Notes: generated from the sequence alone by a model not told the origin. A stretch of DNA of 64,000 nt from Callorhinchus milii (GCF_018977255.1 NW_024704743.1:97714001-97778000), one strand, 5' to 3'. Shown: positions 12,867 through 27,298, counted from the first letter of the stretch. A program made the numbers and translations.

Positions 12867-14879
12867 CTGGAATGAAAAAAATAGTTACTTCTTACATTCC
12901 TTTACCCACTTCAGATTTTGCAATACAGCTTTCCTTCAATCTCATCAAAACTGTGATCTGAAGCTTGCAGACTTATAATACACAATATAGTGTCAATTCA
13001 CTTTACAGTATATTCCGTTAAGTGCTTTGAGACATCTCAAAGACATGATAAAGCGCTATATCAAATGCAAGAATTATTATTATTATAATTATTATATAGC
13101 AGGACAAAGAAAACATGCACCCCTACAAGACTCCACAGCTCACAACATAAGATTTTTAAGTAGCTGCAGCCCTCAAATGGTTAACTTAGCATCATCAACA
13201 GCCTTAAAGTGTGAACAGTTTTTTAAGCCACTTTAGAAATGTGCCAAGTTACTGAAAGTACAATTTCAATAAGGGATGACAGAGAATTAAATTTACAGTC
13301 ATCCACACACCACTTAGCTCAGCTTTGAAAATATACAAATTAGTGTTGAAAAAAGGATGTTCCTCATAAGTATCTAACAGTTGAGGGAAGTTTGTACTAA
13401 CACCAAAATACACTGTGGCAAGACAGGGTTGATTCAGTTTGGTTAACTTATGTAAAGTAACTGTATGCGATTAGAAAAGCGCACATTGTTTTTCTTCCTT
13501 TGGACACGTCAAAATAATAAATAACTGGATAAGACTAGTTAGATAAGATCAGCTAGAACTCAACTAAACTACAGATTTTTGTCGAAACTTCAGTTCACAC
13601 AACTTGAGCAAAATGGTAGATAAAAACAGATTTTTATTACCTTTGTAAGATTATGAGAAAAAAAAGCTACATTATTTTGAGCCAAATTCAATCAATGTGT
13701 CATTTGAGCAAATGACTTTCTAAAACACTATGAAGGTTCACCAGTGAGAGAAGATTAAAATAAGATATTCAATAAAATCAGTGGCCAACTCCATCATTTC
13801 AAGGGTAAATGAAAAACAGTTCAGAACAAAACACATATAAAAGAGTCACAACTATGTTGTAACTATTTTATATGAGATTTATACAAATATTTTCACATTT
13901 TCTCCATAGCCTTTGTTTAGAACACAATGAATTATTCTGGGGGTAGCTTTTATTTTTTATTCTGATCATGGCTGGAATTGCATTTAATGTCCATTACACA
14001 AATTGTAGAACATAATCATAAACAAATTGTTGGGCTCATATGTACACACTGGTTCTTTGGATTAAAAATTGTAAACCTAAAAAGCTCACAACTTGGAAAA
14101 AAAAGTAAATTGATACATAAGAAATTTCTTAATGTGATTCACAATTGGGTTAAGATCTTCTGTAGCTAAGTAGTTTAAAATATAATTAAACTAAATATAA
14201 CTAACTAAACACGCGAATAACAACAGTTCTTGGGCTCTAAGGTGTATTAATTCCACATGACCATATTAGTAGGCCATAAAGAAAGGATTCAGTTTACAGA
14301 TTTAATCACTAAGTTGTTGCACCTTAAGGCACCAGTATAAGAATATGCCAGGGCTTCAAAGTAAAGGTTTATAAATATTTTTATTGCTGGTTTTCAAATA
14401 ATGAGTCTGTCAAAATGAGTAAAAGGCTACATTATTAATTAATGATACATGAATACCTCTGACATTTTCAGTTGCATGGTGCTGTCAAAAAGAAAGCTGC
14501 TTTTGTTTGGCAGCTCAAGTAAGTTCAGATGCTGCTTCTGGGTATACTTCTTAGGAAATGTGTCCACAGCACTCACTAGGCATACAGCTGGTTCTCACAC
14601 ATTAGTTTAGTGCTATCTATTATTTGGTAAAATGACTGTTCAGATAATAAATTGAGACATGACGTTTGCTTTTGAAAAAGTAACATGGGCAAAATTCATA
14701 ATGGGAATAAATTTTCGACTGCGTATTTACAAAAGGCAGATTTAAGGAGAAAGCGAACCAGATAACCTGGCATGGCTGAGAACCAAAAGTTGTGTATTCT
14801 GGCAGTTTTATTCCTGCTTTCTCACCCATGCACCTAGATGAGGAGCAGGAAACGAGGCTACCTTTTCATGCAAACGAAA

Positions 14880-15134
14880 AGGCAGGGCAAAACCATGGAC
14901 AAGTTTCCTTACTCCACACGCCTAATAATAATCTCTCCAAAAACAATAATAAATTGGTCATTTTCAATCTACGACTGTTTGTGGGACATTGCTGTCCGCA
15001 ATTGGCTGCCGCGTTCGCCCACAAATATACAGTCAATTCACTTTACAATATGTTCTGTGAAGCGCTTTGGGACGTCCTCCCGAAGTGAAAAGTGCTATAT
15101 CAAATGCAAGGATTATTATTATTACTATTATTAT
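14880..15134 (+). mobile_element. Short-family Deu SINE, 5'-truncated
   Basis: ggcagggcaaaaccatggacaagtttccttactccacacg...Deu core...tail plus (ATT)n. Confidence 0.85.
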
Positions 15135-15289
15135 AAATATAAAATAGAATGAGTAATTTTGGTACCATTATTGATCATCTATCTGTTCGATTTAAAATTT
15201 CAGACAAATTAGCAAACCTTGTAATTTATTATTGACAATTAAATATCTTCCTAAAAATAAACATTAAATACATGCTTCAGCTTGACTGA

Positions 15290-15545
15290 CCCAGTCGCTC
15301 CCTTTGCTGGCTCAGCCTTCTCCATGTCTCCTGCTCCTATCTTCCCCACCATCGGTAGCCGAGCTTTCAACCTTTGTCCCCATTCTCTGGAACTCCATCC
15401 CAAAGTCCTTCCAACTTCGTCATTCTTCGCCCCCTCCACCCCACCCGTCATACTCTCCAACTCCTTCCAGCTGGATACCCATCCAGCTGTGCTAAGTATT
15501 TTGAGATTTCCTCCCAACAAGTGCTATATAAATGTAAATTCTATT
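15290..15545 (+). mobile_element. Degenerate L2 3' fragment
   Basis: PTIGSRAF and LWNSIP motifs with a degenerate tail. Confidence 0.7.
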
Positions 15546-18500
15546 GTATATAACTTTATAGTGAAATCAAAACTAGCACCATAATTTCACTGTAATGTTT
15601 GGTGGAATGATGGGTTGAAATGTGGACCAAAATACCCCCAAACATTTTTACTTACGAGCAGAAAGCAAATTACAGTTGTGTAAAAGAATCTGGCCAGGTT
15701 CCCAAGAGCTGCAGCTGGAGGATCTGAACTTGCTAAAGCTGTCAAGATGAACATTTCTGTTTCTAACAGTGTCATATATAAACATAATGCAAAATTTATC
15801 TCTCTTGATCTCGTCTTTTTTGTGGTTCTTAAAAACAAAGTGGAAATCCAGCTGCCACATCAACTGGACAGCCATTTTCAACATTCTTCATAACCTTAAA
15901 AATTTCACACAACCCGTGTTTTATGGCTAAGTTCACAAGAAATGTCAGATTTCAGGTCTCTATAAAAGGGCATTCCTTGGAGCCTTAGAACATTCTTCTG
16001 ATGTGAAAGGCGCAATATAATGTAATTTTGTTGTTGTTATGTTCCCAATATCCAGGATTTTACACTATTTATGAGGAAGCTTAGCCCTCTTAATAAACTC
16101 TGTCCAAATCCAGAGAAGGACCTCTTCGAGAGTTATTTCATACTTTGCTGGATCCTCTTTCAAATACATATACAAAAATATCCCTCACACAAAAACAGCT
16201 CTACTTGTCATAAAACGACACTCACTGAGCCATATTTGGAAATCAGAAGGCTGGATACAGGTCATGCCTAGAATTGTCTTTTAAATTCTTCTAATACTTT
16301 AATGCTTTCTTTCCACCATAACCTCTTGTCCATTTAAAAGAGCTTAGATTACAAATAGATCTGAAAATATGATATCCCAGGAAAGGCATGCACACAAAGC
16401 AATTTCCTTTGAGCTATACACCAAATCCCCGTATCACAGCAATCCATTGTGACCTGTTGCATCAGTTCATGATTCTGGATATTATTCTAGATATTTGTCT
16501 GAAGGGTCTCTCAAAGGTTTTCTGGCAGTACAGATGTATCTGAAAAGTTTCTAAACAGAATTTGCAACCTAATTTGAAAAGTACTTTGTACACATAGCCC
16601 TTTACACCAGTTGTCTACTTGCTGCATAGGATTTCTATTGTTTATGAGTTGGTTATTCGGGGTGAGCGCAGACCACCACAGAGAAGTTTACAATGGTTAG
16701 AGTAAAAGATCTATCCATATCATGTGATGAGTTTACAGCACAGAGGAAGACCCATTACAGCTGTGCTGGTGCTAGTTTTCCCAATGGACCCATTTACTGT
16801 ACTCCAATGGCCTCAACTCTTTCCTCATTATTTTCAACAATTTTCCTTAAACCTGTATTCAATTATTGTTTAAATGGACTCCCAATTCATCGGCTATTTT
16901 TGGTAAAGACATTTCACATTCAAACACCCTATATAAAAATGTACTGGAGTAATTCCTACAGTTATTCAATTTACAATGCAGTAAATCAGTAGCTGGTATC
17001 AAAGGTTATTTTTGGCTCAAAGCGACAAATTGCAAAAACTTGTGGGTGGCTGAACCAAACAGCCTTTATCCTGTCATTTTCTGAGGATTATAGAGAGGCA
17101 AGTTTGTGACAATGACCAGAAAACAGATGAAGAAATACACCAGGATTTCTAAAACTAAAGGGAGAAACTCTCACCGGGACAATATTGTAGCCTGCAGTAA
17201 CAAGCAGGCAAACTGAATTACCATTTTGGAGCCATGAAATCAAAGATTTTTTTTACACTAGAGTTATTTAAAAGAGATGAATAGGATCCCTATAAATCCG
17301 AATTCCTGATCCGGAAGTGGCAAAATCAGCAATGACCAGCAATCTCAGCAATCCCAAACAGAAAAAAAGCTAATGGCAGCTAATGTCAATCAAATGATAG
17401 CCTTTCATGCAGGAAATGTTGTCAGTGGCAAACCCGATAACTCTGGCTTTATGCACTTAAGTTTTAACGCAAAAGTTCTGAGTTCATGGATTGAAACCAC
17501 CATGTTACAACAGGGTCTCTCTGTAATTCGTATTTAATTAAATTTGCTTCTCCTATCTATATCTTCCATTTTTTTTAAATTCCGCCTTGGTTTAATATGC
17601 TTCCAAATTTGGTATCAGAAATTTTAGAGACCACACCCTCTATACCCAAGGCCGAGTATGTGTATAAAGAAGCCCTCTAGCTCAAAAGCCTGGGGTACTC
17701 CACTGAAGATACTAAATTAGTTAATATCTAGTCTCCTTTTGTTTCTAATCTCCAGAACAAAAACAGGAAATAAATTCGATGCACACTAGAAGATGGTAAT
17801 ATTGCTATTCTTCTAAAATTACAATGGTACTGCCCTTTGTGCAGAAATCAACTTCCTGTTACATATTCATTGAAATTCCTCATGATCTCTCTCCCGATTC
17901 TTCTGCTAACAGTTTGGAGCCTGCTCCCTTGTCACCCTTTCCCAGCTGCTTCTCTATTTATCTTCAGTATCTTTCACTCGAGGTGACTGGTCTCCTCAAT
18001 CACATATCCACTGCTTGTCTCACAGACACCTCCACATCCGAGGCACTGACCATTTCATATACACTGAGACAGCAGTTTGCTGAGATCATTGTCTTGAGGT
18101 TTTCCATAAGTTGAATTAGAGCTAATGCCGTCCTAATTTTAATACTTCTTGGACCCCACTCATCTTTTTATTCATATGAAAGTAAAGTCTCAGGGCGATC
18201 TCCCTTCTGAGCTCTACCCCCAGAGTACTTTGACTGCATGGGGTCTAAACTGGGACACAAACCAGTCTCTGGCCAAATAGGATCCAATACCAAATTTGAT
18301 TTAAAAATGGGGATAAAGATGAAGATCCTGAAAGTTGACAGATGCCGATTGTGAGTGGTGCATTGCTAGTCAATCTTTGATCAGAGGTTTCAAGCCATCC
18401 CTTGACCGAGAAGCTGACCAGAAAAGAAAACGCAGGCCTCCCATCCTAAAACCAGTAGCTGTCAGTGCAGAGGCTCAGTAAGGGATCCTACATTTTTTGT

Positions 18501-18620
18501 TTTGTTCTTGAAAGAACACGTATATAAAACTGACTTCAGAGTTATGGTTGTAGTTAAGAATTTGTCAAATTCAGTATGCTCCTAATGTTACATAAATAGA
18601 ATAAATTTAGATGAATTTAG

Positions 18621-18972
18621 TGGCAAGTTTCCTTACTTTACATGCCTCTGTTTTCCTGGCAGTAAGCAGATTATTAATCGATTGGTGCATCGCTTTTCCG
18701 GGGGTAACACAATGCAAAATAACATTTGTATAGTGCCTTTCACATCAGGAGATTGTGTCATCATAAAAGCCTTTCATAAAAAATAAAAATAATAATTTGG
18801 TTACTCAATCCATGACTGTTTGTGGGACGGTGCTGTGCGCAATTGGCTGGCGCGTTTCGCCCACAAAATATACAGCCGATTCGCTTTACAGTATATTCTG
18901 TGAAGTGCTTTGAGACGTCTCGAAGATGTGTTAAGGAGCTATATCAAATGCAAGGATCATTATTACATTATT
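18621..18972 (+). mobile_element. Short-family SINE, variant with an extra internal segment, interrupted by a minus-strand L2 tail (about 18715-18755)
   Basis: ggcaagtttccttact...ctggcagtaag...gcttttccggggg, then the Deu core and tail. Confidence 0.7.
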
Positions 18973-19628
18973 GTAGAAGTCAGCTATGGCAAAATATTCT
19001 GAATTGTTTTCAGATCTATAAAAAAAACTATCCATGTACCACTCACAAATTTTTAAGTAGGTTTCTGCTTTTTTTTAAAGATTAGGAAAGAAATGCATTC
19101 ATCATTAGAGTAATAGGTAAGTAAGAACAAGCTGGAAATTATTAGTTTACAATGCAGATAAATTCCACTTATGCAAGTGGATGGCCATCCAGCTGCAAAT
19201 TAAACACCTACAGCTTTCAGGGCAAACTATACACATATTAAACGTACGCTTCAGTGTACTAAAATAGAAATGTTTTTGCCACTAACCACAACTTGCGTCA
19301 TCAGAAATGCATTTTTGTATTAATTATCACATTTAAATCACTCTTGCCTGTTACCACAATTTAAATGAGAGTTTTTTTTATATAGAAATAAAAATCCAGA
19401 AATTGCTGCTCTTGTTGTCAGTTGTTTTCAAGGTGTTATCTGATCAAAACTAAATTGAATCAGAAAATCTGACAGGGTTAGATACCTACATCACTGTGTG
19501 CAACCTACACTAAGAAGGACCGACACAAGCAGCACTGCGGAAAGTTTATATTTTTCGAACAGTCATTTGTCATCGTTACAATGCCACACAAAATAATACA
19601 TGGAAATTAACATGCTGCAAGTACTCAC

Positions 19629-19750
19629 TTGGTTCTGGTTTCCATATCATCAATGCAAGAGTGGCACATTGCACTAAATCGAGATACAAAGAAGTCATAG
19701 CGCCTATGATATGAAGCAGTATCTTCTTCAATGTTGGCAAACTTGACAAA
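19629..19750 (-). CDS. EFR3A: EFR3A exon 5 (122 nt): FVKFANIEEDTASYHRRYDFFVSRFSAMCHSCIDDMETRT(K)
   Basis: ccctag|TTTGTC...ACCAA|gtgagt. Confidence 0.97.
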
Positions 19751-22700
19751 CTAGGGTAAAAAGCAAATACTTTGTTTTAAGGGTTGGCGTAAACAACAAG
19801 ACCGCTAGTCGGCATCTTGGAGCTCTTAAATAATACGTTTAAATAAACAACTTTCACTTATAGAGCATCTGCCACAGAGAAAAACACCAGAAAGCACTTT
19901 ACAGAGATGAAATAGGAGCCCAAACAGGGTGGGAGATAAAGGGATTGAAAGGAGGTGGTGGGGAGACAAAAAGAGAGATGAGCGAAGGTGCTATCAGGTT
20001 TTTAAAGAAATGTAGATGGAGGGTGCAAGGCTGAGGGATTTATAGACAATTCCAGAGAACAAAGGCAAGGTGGTTGAAAGCCTGGAGTCAATCCAATATA
20101 ATGCAACACACCAAACAAAATAGTTTGTATGCCCAGACTGATGCATACAAATTATCGAAGGAGGTCAGACGAAGTAAAATGAGCAGAAATCAAAGCGAGT
20201 AGGGCAACAATTGCTCATCTCAGAAATACAACAGAGTTGACTTGAAAAATACTTTGTCAACAAAAAACATTCAAAAGAATACACTATTTTAGTTCAATAT
20301 ACCTATTATAGACTAAAAACATAAAGGGGAAACTACTCCTTACAAGAATGGGAAATCTCCCTGCAATGTTAGACTCTGTGTAGAAGCAGGTGGAAATTCC
20401 GCAGCCGTGAGCAATAACAGTGAGTTGTATGGAAATGGAAGAACCAAGTCTTCGATGTGTGAAGGTTCACCACAATTCGAAGTGGGAAATAATCCTTGCA
20501 TATGATATAGTGCCTTTCATGCTGGGAATATATCTCAAAAGAGTTTCAAAGGATTTACTGTGAAGTGTAATGACTGTATTTTGGCAATCAATAAAATATA
20601 AAAATGACAATACTGTTCTCATAAGAGTCCTCCTGAAACATTTTAAAATATATAGTTAAACTCATATAATTCATATCAGTCGGGGCCATAAGAAGACTAC
20701 GTTTACCGTGATTCAATGCGTTTTGACCTATTGCCGCATGTGGACTTACCGGCAAGTATTGGAATAGCATTGAATCGCAGGAAATGCAGTTCTGCACAAG
20801 TGTCGATGGATCAAACCTACGTTTTCCGCGATTCAATGCAGCAGGTAAGTACAGGAGTAAAGGAGGATAGGGAAACAGCGTTACGAGTTAGGAGGTGATA
20901 AACAACTTGTGCAAAGAAATCTAAGTAGTTTTGATAGGAAACTTATGGGGACTTGAGTGGATGTATGACTTAGGCAATTAAGTGATTTATAAAGATAAGA
21001 CTTATACAAGTTTTATTGTATTTCTCTTCAGCTACTAATTTATTTTTCTACTTTTATAACTAGTACATGAGTTTAGAACAGTTACTTTTATAGTGGAAAA
21101 AGTCCAAGAATTCACAAGAACAGAGAGTAGAAAAATTTTTAACATGTTTTACAATGCTCTGCAGCAACTATAACTAACAGTTTATCAAAAACATTCAACT
21201 AATTGACCATGTAATTATATATTATATATTGGATAAAACAAAATGTAGTTAACAAAATTACTGTACAAAATGATGCAGCTGTGAAAATTCTTTTTGAGCA
21301 AGTTGCTTTTAACCACCTTAAATAAGAAAGGATCAAATAGCTATAAAGAAGCTCAACATCATTTGCTATAGAATTAAATATTTTCACTTAACCATTACCG
21401 GCTTACAATTTCAGAGCGTGGCAAAGTGGCAACACAAAATTTAACAGAACAGTCACAAAGGTTCATTCCTGATCCAAAGCTTGCAGTGCTTGCTTATTGA
21501 TGTGAAGTTATGAAACGTCAGCAATTAAGTCAAAATTCTCACATACACATGCAATGATATTTTAATTATTTTCTTCCAAAACTGTGTTTGGAATTAGAAG
21601 AATGTCACAGATCCCTTTGGAAGAAAATCTGTACAGCAGTTTCAATAGCATTAATTAACATTTGCTGGCAAGGCTATGATTTAGCTTGAAATTTGCACAA
21701 GCCCATTGTAATTAATTTTAGAGTGACACCTTTAGTCTGTACAAAAGCTGAGAACCAGCAGTGGTTAGGTGATAATCAACATGCTCTCTCAGAAGCTCTA
21801 ACTCCCATGTAGCATTGATGGCTGGCAATAAACGTCTGCTCATAAAGTCTATGATTTGTGCGAGGCTCATTACTTATCTATTGGTAGAAATAATTAGGTT
21901 CTATCCTTCTAAATTATTCCACTTTCAATGTAGGTCTCGAAGATGGTTTAACGAGAGATATGTAGAAGAAAGATGGCATTCTTGCATTCACCTAGACAAC
22001 AGCATTTACATGTTTTTCTAAAAACACTCTAATGTTATGTGAGGATAAATTGATTGAGCAGTTGATTCACCTAGTACCTTTTTTGCAGTACACAATGCAA
22101 AACCAAATAGCACTGCTTGTGTTTCACAGCTTCATACGTTAGTTGTAAATAAAATTAATTGCAGGGTGCAGTTTTGCAAAAAATTCAGTACCCATGTAAT
22201 GTTTTAATACTGATAATGCTTAATTAGTTTGCCTAACTTGCTCTTCTACACTTAATTTTAAGATCAGATAACACATACTGCCTTTTCAGTTTTTAAAATG
22301 CATTTTATCAAGCTTCCTGATGGTCTTAAAAAGGCATTCTTGCTTCTAAATGATAGTAGAATCCTCTCACCCCAAGTGTGAAAGTTTTAACCTTTTGTCC
22401 TGTCATTTAGAAGACGGATTGCACTCTACATCCTCACTCCTATCCCTTTATCTTTCCTGAAATAAGCAGGTTTAAAACGGTCTTGTTTACGCCAGACTGA
22501 AATATTTATAACCAGCTCTTGATACACCAGTAGAAAATAAAAGATTTCAAAAATAACTCACAAAATTATTTTCATGGTCACGCACATGAGAAAGTTTTCA
22601 ACTAGATTAAAATTCCACGTGACCTTCAACAAAGAATACACTTCCTTTCTTTCATTCAAAATACAATACCATTCCTTGTGGAATCCAAAAAGTTATTTTG

Positions 22701-23071
22701 CGCATTTTGTCCTTGAATGGAAAACCTTGAAGGTGAAAAGGAATATAGCCTAATAAATGTAATAGGAGGTAGTGACATTTGATCCATAAAGACAATGAAC
22801 TGGCATCCAACATAATAGAACAGTTTTAATATATATATATTGCATAGGTGTGTAATAATTACTGCTGATATAGAGCGTAAAACATTTCACAAATACAAAC
22901 CACTTTAAAAATGGAATGAGCTGCAAGTCTGCACTCTCTCATTATGGCCTAAATCACATTTTAGCAATTTCTGCAATAATTTTTCAGCAGTGAGTGGGAA
23001 AGTACCCAACCAAGTGGCCAGTCTATAAACCATGTGCAACTTAAAAGAATGCACTTGCTCTTCTTACTTAC

Positions 23072-23222
23072 CGAATTGGAACCAAGAATTTGTAGCTCAG
23101 GCTCTCCAGATTCTAACAGTTTGGCGACCATTTGAAGGAAGCTTTCAACAAAGAGATTGATGCTTTGGGAATGACAAGCCATCAGAAGCTGATCCAGTGC
23201 CTCCATTGCAATAAAAACATAT
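23072..23222 (-). CDS. EFR3A: EFR3A exon 4 (151 nt): YVFIAMEALDQLLMACHSQSINLFVESFLQMVAKLLESGEPELQILGSNS
   Basis: ctacag|ATATGT...AATTCG|gtaagt. Visible inside ORF 22961..23239. Confidence 0.97.
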
Positions 23223-23399
23223 CTGTAGAGATAACACAACTGTCAGCTCTGGTAGATTTAGCACTAGCACAAAGCTTCTTGCTTTCTGCCTCCAGGTTCC
23301 TCACTTTGCCCTGATCTACAGAAGCTATTAATTTGTGCTGCTCTAGTAATAATAATCCTTGTATTTATATAGAGCCTTATCACGTCTTCGAGACATCTC

Positions 23400-24200
23400 A
23401 AAATGCGTTTGAGTAATCCAAGCGGGAGGTGACAAATGCATGCAAAAGGGTTTCGGCTGCATTTGGGGTAAGGTACGGTCGGAGGCAGACAACATGTGGG
23501 AGGTGGAAGAAGGTGGTCCTGGTCAGAGACCGGATGTGGGGAAGGAAGTACAGCTGAGGGTCACACCAGACGCCTACATTGCGCACTGGTTCGTTGAGTC
23601 TGAGGGAGAGCCAGGGAGGTTGAGGAGTTTAGATCCGCAGGGGTGAGGACGTTGACGGAAGCCAAGGAGTATGGCTTTCATCTTATCCACATTCAGCTGC
23701 AGAAAGTTTATAATTCTTATAAAATAATAATCCTTGCATTTGATACAGTGCTTTTTGTGTCTTCTAGACGACTCAAAGCGCTTCACAGAATATACTGTAG
23801 AGTGAATTGACTGTATATTTTGTGGGCGAAACGCAGCAGCCAATTACGCACAGCAGTGTCCCACAAACAATCGTGAATTGAGTGACCAAATTATTTTTTT
23901 TTTCTTGAGTGATTATTGTCAGCCATGTGGAGTAAGGAAATTTACCAAGGTTTCGCCCTGCCAGGAATCAAACCAGGTCTCTTGCTTGAGAGATGAGTCA
24001 TCTAACAACTAAGCTACAGGACTCCAGTTTCCACTCATCCAGGCCCTGATGTCTGCCAGACAAGCTGATAGAACATTGGTAGACCTGGAGTTGGTACTAG
24101 AGGAGGCAAAGTAAATTTGTGTGTCATCCGCATTCATGGAAGTTTTCCCCGCGTCTGCAGATGACATCGTCCAGAGGGAACATATGGATATGGAAAAGAA
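23400..24200 (-). mobile_element. L2 internal fragment (RT region) split by a SINE insertion
   Basis: MNADDTQIYF...CLADIRAWMSGN | FLQLNVDK...HAFVTSRLDYSNAF on the minus strand. Confidence 0.9.
23710..24025 (-). mobile_element. Full-length short-family tRNA-SINE nested in L2
   Basis: Head ggagtcctgtagcttagttgttaga, Deu core and tail. Flanked by AGTTT at 23705-23709 and 24026-24030. Confidence 0.9.
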
Positions 24201-24379
24201 GAGGACCAAGTAACCTGAAGGGACTGCAAGGCTGCATCTCATACTAAAACCTTGAAGACTCTTGAGATAGAAATCCCACCCAAATCTAGTTTTACTCTAT
24301 TTTCTCAGTATTTCCCCCTCCCCACCCAGTTGCTGGTCATCCAACTCCCCCTCCTCTCCACTGCTGGCCGACACAGTCA

Positions 24380-25856
24380 ATCAGTCGGTCTCCTCAGTTT
24401 CTGTTCCTCTCTCCTTAAAACCAGCGTCATTTCTCTTCTCCTCCAAAAACCTACCCTTGGCCCCTCCATCCTCACAAATTACCAACCTGCGCTTCCTTGC
24501 CAAAGCTCTGGAATGCGTTGTCGCTAACCAGCTTTGCTCACACCTCTCCCTCCACTCCCTCCTCGAGCCCCTCCAGTCTGGTTTCCGCCCTGCCCATAGC
24601 ACAGAGATGCCATAGCACAAACAATGTGCCCCCTCTCTCGCTGTAACCAGGGCTCCCTCTGCCTCCTCATCTTCTTGGACCTCTCTGCCACATTCAACAG
24701 TCGACCAGGCTATCCTCATGGACCGCCTCTCCTTTCTAATCCACCTCAGTGGGACTGCACAATCCTGGTTCGAGTCCTACCTAACATACCGCCTCATTTT
24801 ATCTTTTCAAATGGTTTCTACTCCAGCCCCCGCCCGGTCACCTGCGGTGTATCCCAGGGCTCCATCCTTGGCCCCTTCCTCATCTATGCTCCCTCTTGGC
24901 GATGTCATCCACAGACACAGGGTAAACTTCCACATGAATGCGGATGTTACACAAATCTACTTCTCCTCCTCCAGATCCACCGATGTTCTCTCAGCTTGTC
25001 TAGCGGATATCAGGGCCTGGATGAGAGAAAACGACAACTAAATGTTGACAAGACGGAAGCCATACTCATTGGCTCCCATCAACATCGTCTATCCTGCAGC
25101 TCTGACCTCCTCAACCTCCCTGGGCTCTCCCACAGACTTACTGAACCAGAGCGCAACCTCGGCCTCAGATTCGACCCCCAGCTGTCCTTCCTTCCCCACA
25201 TTCGGTCCCTGACCAGGACTGCTTAGAGCCACCTCTGTCACATTGTCCACCTCCGACCGTACCTTACCCTGGACGCAGTCGAAACACTCGTCCATGTGCT
25301 TGTCACCTCCCGACTCGACTTTTCAAATGCCTTCTGCGCCAGTCTCCCCAGCTCTACCATGCACAGGATACAACTGATCCAAAACTCCGCTGCCTGCATA
25401 CTTACCAGTACTAAACTCCGTACCCCCAATCACACCAGTTCTAGCCAGGCTCCACTGGCTCTCTAACGCCAAACAGATCGATTTCAGGATCCTCACACTT
25501 GTTTTCAAATCCCTTCATGCCCTGGCACCTTCCTTTATCTCCGACTTGCTTACTCCCCAATCCACTGTCCCTGCTCTACTAGTTCCAGCCTTCTGTACGT
25601 CTTTCGTGCCCTCCATTTCACCATTGGAGGCCGCGCTTTCAGCCACTACGCCCCAAAACTCTGGAACACTCTTCTTCTATCCCTCTGCCTTTCCTCTTCC
25701 TTCTCCATCTTCAAGTCGTATCTGAAGACCTTCCTCTTCAACCGTGCCTACGGTCACCTCCCCCTCCCCCACTCGGGGTCATGCTCCGCCACTGTCAAGC
25801 GCTCTGGGACATTACTCTGCATGAGAGGCGCTATATAAATGCAAGTTGTTGTTGTT
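24380..25856 (+). mobile_element. L2 LINE, 5'-truncated and degenerate
   Basis: LQSGFRPAHSTE-like, GSLCLLIFLDLSATF, GVSQGSILGP and HMNADVTQ motifs, with tail plus (TTG)n. Confidence 0.92.
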
Positions 25857-27298
25857 CAGAATTTGACTAATTGCTGAATTCAGCCTCAAATCTGCAGCCA
25901 GTTTTAATTTCAGAATTTGCCAAATAATAGTGCTTTTTATGCAGGATAGTGTCTCAGAGCACTTTGACTTTTGTTAGAGAGGGATTGGATATTTTGAAGG
26001 GTGATGAAGATATGGGTGCTGGGTGGCCACAGTGGGAGTATGTAGATTGTGTGAGGAAAACAATTGTCGATTATGAGGGGTGTGGGAAGAGTTGGGAAGG
26101 GTGTGGATAAGGGAAGGGGGCTGTACATTTCAAAGGCTGTTCACGGTGGCTGTTCTGGGACAACCATCGATGTGTGCCGTGGAGGATTCCCAGCAGAGAG
26201 AGGCAGTGGAAGGGTCAAGGAGAGAGAAAAGGTCAGTTGGAGAGAAGAACTGAAAATGAGTAGTGAAGGGAGAGTTGTGAAAGCGGTAGTCATTAAAATT
26301 AGTATTCCTTAAGGTTCCCTTATCAATCTAACTGCTGCATTTCATCTTTTACCAAGGATTAAACACAGCCAGTATCAGTTCTGCAGTGGCATTCCATGTC
26401 TCATTTCCTCATTAGGCAAGTGCTCCTCCCTCTGCAATGGTTCTGACGTCAGTTTTAAGAGCTCAAATATATGACTGCCCAGGTAGAGAGGTCACATAAA
26501 ATGAGTCAACCAACCCATGGTTATGAGCTGGTGCATAGCAGTTAGAATCATTAAAAGGAGTCGTACTTACATGATTGGAGTTGGGATTCTCTTTAAATAA
26601 AAGACCTGGGAAACTCAGGAGTGTGGCGGTTTTCAAACTAGCATTGAGAATTAACATGAGTTTCCTCTGATGGGATGATTATGCCCACAGACTAATGATA
26701 AAGTGGCACTGCCGTGTAATTTTGCTTGCTCTAAACAGCAGAGTAAGTAAAGGAGATATCAACAATAAGAACATTGGAAAGATTGTATAGATGCATTATA
26801 AAAGCCTGAGACAGGTTCAGCTGGGCTCCGTCCCCCTCCTAAATGCAAGGTAATTTTAGATGGTGACCCATGGTATCTAGGGAATGTTCAATTGTAACAA
26901 GAATCTAAATGAAATAGTTTAAAGTTCAAGTCTCTTAAATAAGTGATCTTTTAAGTGAAGATTTATACTGAATTCTTTACAATGTTAAGAAAGCAGTTAC
27001 AGTTATAGTGCATGTGACTGCATGACAGCTTTGTAGTAAAAACAGTAGTTTTAATCAATTATGAAAAATGCAACTCATGCCATTAAAACCTGAAAAAATT
27101 AAGCATAGAGCAAAAATTAAGAGATTCAATTAAAGAATATAGAAAATTCCGAGGGATATAAATTTCAACATCTTCAAACATACTTCATAGGCTATCAATG
27201 TGGCTGACTTTTTCTCCCAATAACATCTCTTATTTTTGGCAAACTTTCAAATGATCAGAATTTTAAAATCAGAACAGTAAAAAGAGTAAGTTACTTAC

